Source: Welwitschia mirabilis
Lineage: Eukaryota
Length of the DNA: 64,000 nt
Assembly: GCA_051453625.1 (NCBI GenBank)
Contig: JBOZIK010000001.1
Coordinates: forward strand, 36,449,334-36,513,333
Direction of reading: 5' to 3'
Program-made: the position numbers and the translations under genes
The notes under the pieces: model-generated
Seen by the model: only the letters and a program-made list of their open reading frames with translations
Database searches by the model: none
What the model was told of the DNA's origin: nothing
Shown here: positions 61,434-64,000 of the stretch, piece by piece
How the letters are laid out: each line of letters begins with the position of its first letter
Position numbering within the stretch: position 1 is the first letter of the stretch

Positions 61434-63170
61434 ATGATTTTGTATGCGAGATTGGCAATTTATGCCCTAGTTTCTATTTGCGCAAGCTTCTTGTTAACGA
61501 CTTTTAGGGTTTCAATATGGATTTTGGATGGTCTGCATACATATATTCATCCTGAAAGCATAGAAAATCGAGATCAAGGAGGCCCAAGAGCGCTTATCAA
61601 GAGGCCTGGGATGTACAATGGATCCGCTGATGGTGATGAAGATCTTTCACAAGCCAAAGGCAAGGCAAAGGGCAATAAATCGAAAAAGGACAAAGGCATT
61701 GATTCTCACTTTAATGATGCCAATGCCCAAATATTTCGACTTCGACTGGGAGATTCTCATATACAGACACGAGAATATTTTAAGGAATACGATGAAGCTC
61801 TTATTTATGCTGCTTTAGCGTTGTCAAATCTCCTTGTTTATAAACTTCTTCCAGAATGCTCAACCAAAGAAGCCAAAGCTATTACCATGTTTTTCAGCGG
61901 GGATCTTGTTCCCTTTTTTGTAGGTTTCTATGCAGTTTACAAATTAGCTCGAATTCTTTTCAGGATATCGTTGGAAAGATCGGCATCCAGGAATTCTGAG
62001 AAACTTTTGAGTGTTCTCGTAGGTGTTGTAGGGTTTGTTGCATCTCTTCTAGTGCTTTATGTGTTTACGCCTTCTTCAGTGGACCTAAGAATAGGCATTG
62101 AAAAGAGGCAACACTATCAGAAGGATGGACAGAACTCACCTCTGTTGGGGTATATGAAATTTTTCTTGGCAATGTTTTCAGGTTGGCTTGCGGCTCTCCT
62201 TTTTATTCCCGCTCATAAAAGTGTTAGGTCGTTTTGGCTGGGCACTGATCAGCTTATGTGGAATTTGTCTGTTCTTGGTTCTGGAAAGATTGTTCGGACT
62301 TTGATGTATTTAAATGTTGTGATGCCTGTCTTTACGTCATTGCTCTGGATAAAGCCTATGGCTAATACATTCATCTTACAGTCCTGGGAACATCAAAAGT
62401 CACATAACGTGATACGTGGTAGTACCCTCTTCCAATCTGATATGAACGGTAAAGATGGAGAAAACAATGAATGTTTTCATTATAAGCGGGACATTGATTA
62501 TAACTCTGAGCTTCAGCCTGATGTTTCAGAATGCTTATCTTCAAATTCAGGACTCAGATTCACTGAGTCGTGTGTGGGTAAAGAGGAAAGACTTGCCCAA
62601 GACTCATGCAGTGACGGTCAATATCCGGTTTCAAGTTCAGTTTCTGATAGAACTAATGACAGAGATGGAAGAATAAAATGCTACTCCTGGGGAAGTTTTG
62701 ACATATCTTGTCAAGAAAACTGGAGTCAAAACATTGGCATGCATTATGAGGATTTTAAGCGATTTAGAGTTTGGTGTCTTTTGTTTACAGCGGTGTTGCA
62801 GTTATTGCTGATGCGAACAAATCTTCAGATGTATTTAAATGAAGCTGTCTTAAGCTGGTACCAGAGGCTGCACAGCAGCAAAGTGCCTAATCTTGATTTT
62901 AGTAGAGCCAAGCTTTTTCTGCACAATCATTTTATTTGTCTCGTTGTACTGCAGTTCTTCATCCCAGGTGCCTTGACACTATTACTTTTAGGTTTGTCTC
63001 AGATGAAAGATAGCAGTTTTTCCGGTATGTCTGTTTTAGGAAGTATATCTTCTTCATCAAGAATCATTGAGGAAACATCTGTTTACTTAGCTTGGTGGAT
63101 ACAACTTGTCTGGGCAATCCTAACTTGTTCCATCCTTGCCCTATACCGTCCTGGGCTTCAGATACTTTAG
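61434..63170 (+). CDS. TMEM161: TMEM161-family multi-pass membrane protein (plant type), 578 aa, single coding exon
   Basis: Long intact ORF; first ATG at 61434. Multiple hydrophobic segments and motifs recognised from plant TMEM161 homologues: GLHTYIHP, SLERSASRNSEK, RSFWLGTDQ, NLQMYLNEAVLSWYQRLH.SK.P.LDFSRAK.FLHNH, LAWW. Confidence 0.9.
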   Translation: MILYARLAIYALVSICASFLLTTFRVSIWILDGLHTYIHPESIENRDQGGPRALIKRPGMYNGSADGDEDLSQAKGKAKGNKSKKDKGIDSHFNDANAQIFRLRLGDSHIQTREYFKEYDEALIYAALALSNLLVYKLLPECSTKEAKAITMFFSGDLVPFFVGFYAVYKLARILFRISLERSASRNSEKLLSVLVGVVGFVASLLVLYVFTPSSVDLRIGIEKRQHYQKDGQNSPLLGYMKFFLAMFSGWLAALLFIPAHKSVRSFWLGTDQLMWNLSVLGSGKIVRTLMYLNVVMPVFTSLLWIKPMANTFILQSWEHQKSHNVIRGSTLFQSDMNGKDGENNECFHYKRDIDYNSELQPDVSECLSSNSGLRFTESCVGKEERLAQDSCSDGQYPVSSSVSDRTNDRDGRIKCYSWGSFDISCQENWSQNIGMHYEDFKRFRVWCLLFTAVLQLLLMRTNLQMYLNEAVLSWYQRLHSSKVPNLDFSRAKLFLHNHFICLVVLQFFIPGALTLLLLGLSQMKDSSFSGMSVLGSISSSSRIIEETSVYLAWWIQLVWAILTCSILALYRPGLQIL

Positions 63171-63323
63171 ACTTATAGCCATCTTCTATCTTTATTGTTG
63201 TTACTCCCTTTGATGTCACTGGGAATATAGATATTCCAGCAAGTTGGGATTTTGCAAATTGCAACCCTCGTTTGCCATTGCTTTTTTTTTTTTTTTAATT
63301 TTCTTTTCTTCCTTTCTCTTTTT

Positions 63324-63354
<31 letters not shown>

Positions 63355-63357
63355 AGA

Positions 63358-63402
<45 letters not shown>
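63324..63402. repeat. Compound (GT)n(GA)n microsatellite downstream of the CDS
   Basis: Seen directly. Confidence 0.95.
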
Positions 63403-63406
<4 letters not shown>

Positions 63407-64000
63407 TGTCTCAATGACTGTCCCTACAGCTTCGTCCATTGTTCATCCTTGACCTTTAAAATTATTCTTCATCCAGAAATGGATGGTGTTAATTGTCTTC
63501 TTTATAGTCTGCTTCACCACCCGATATTCCAAATATAATAAACAAGTTAAAAAAGCCAGTATTTTGATGTTGCCTGAAGAAGGACTTAGCTGATTGATTT
63601 CTTGAAGTCGTCTGTGAACATGCATGCAGTAGTACTTGATAATATTATCGTTTAACTGAATAACTGAATAAGATAAGGATGGAGCTAGAAACAAAAACTG
63701 GATTCTTTGTGGCTCACTAGTTTGCATTTATAGTTGTCACTGTACCTTGACATGTAACAAATGGAAATCAGTGCATCCACATCTCAATCTTGTTTCTTCT
63801 AAGTTCTCAAACTAACTGCATGTTGAGTTTCAGATATTGTGGGCTGTGTTCAAACTTGCAACTTTCTCATGGTGTAGTTTATTTAGAAATCCACAAGAAG
63901 CAAAATTACTATTACAGTTGTATCGACCAATTATTGATTCTCATCTGCATGCTAATGCAAGCAAATGAGATGGACAAGAAAACAGAAAACAAAAAACAAA

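Noticed and set aside
63173..63439. 88-aa minus-strand ORF
   Set aside because: Microsatellite and poly-T translation.

Overview
AT-rich land-plant nuclear DNA from a gapped draft assembly. About 90% of it is decayed, nested retroelements, with one intact host gene at the right end: a single-exon TMEM161-family CDS at 61434-63170. The backbone is a minus-strand Tat/Ogre-type Ty3/gypsy element (about 7468-38802; tRNA-Arg PBS; gag-PR-long spacer-RT-RH-aRH-INT). It carries these nested insertions: a TG..CA solo-LTR-like unit with a CTCAC TSD, an L1 LINE, a full-length Ty1/copia (TSD AAATG), an LTR element with ~0.9-kb LTRs and only 59 bp of internal sequence (TSD CATTT), a 167-bp structured insert and a tRNA-derived SINE. 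A ~10-kb block (LTR + integrase end + LINE) is duplicated in direct orientation at 35725 onward. Each copy later received a different LTR element, so each copy preserves the empty site of the other. The second copy hosts a non-autonomous gag-protease gypsy element (47707-58777) whose 3' LTR contains an internal perfect tRNA-Asn PBS. Other items are an intronless, multiply deleted class III peroxidase pseudogene, a CpG-retaining, stem-rich unique island at about 6.0-6.5 kb (candidate ncRNA locus), and several gaps that look like assembly artefacts. All calls come from manual reading of the sequence; no searches were run.
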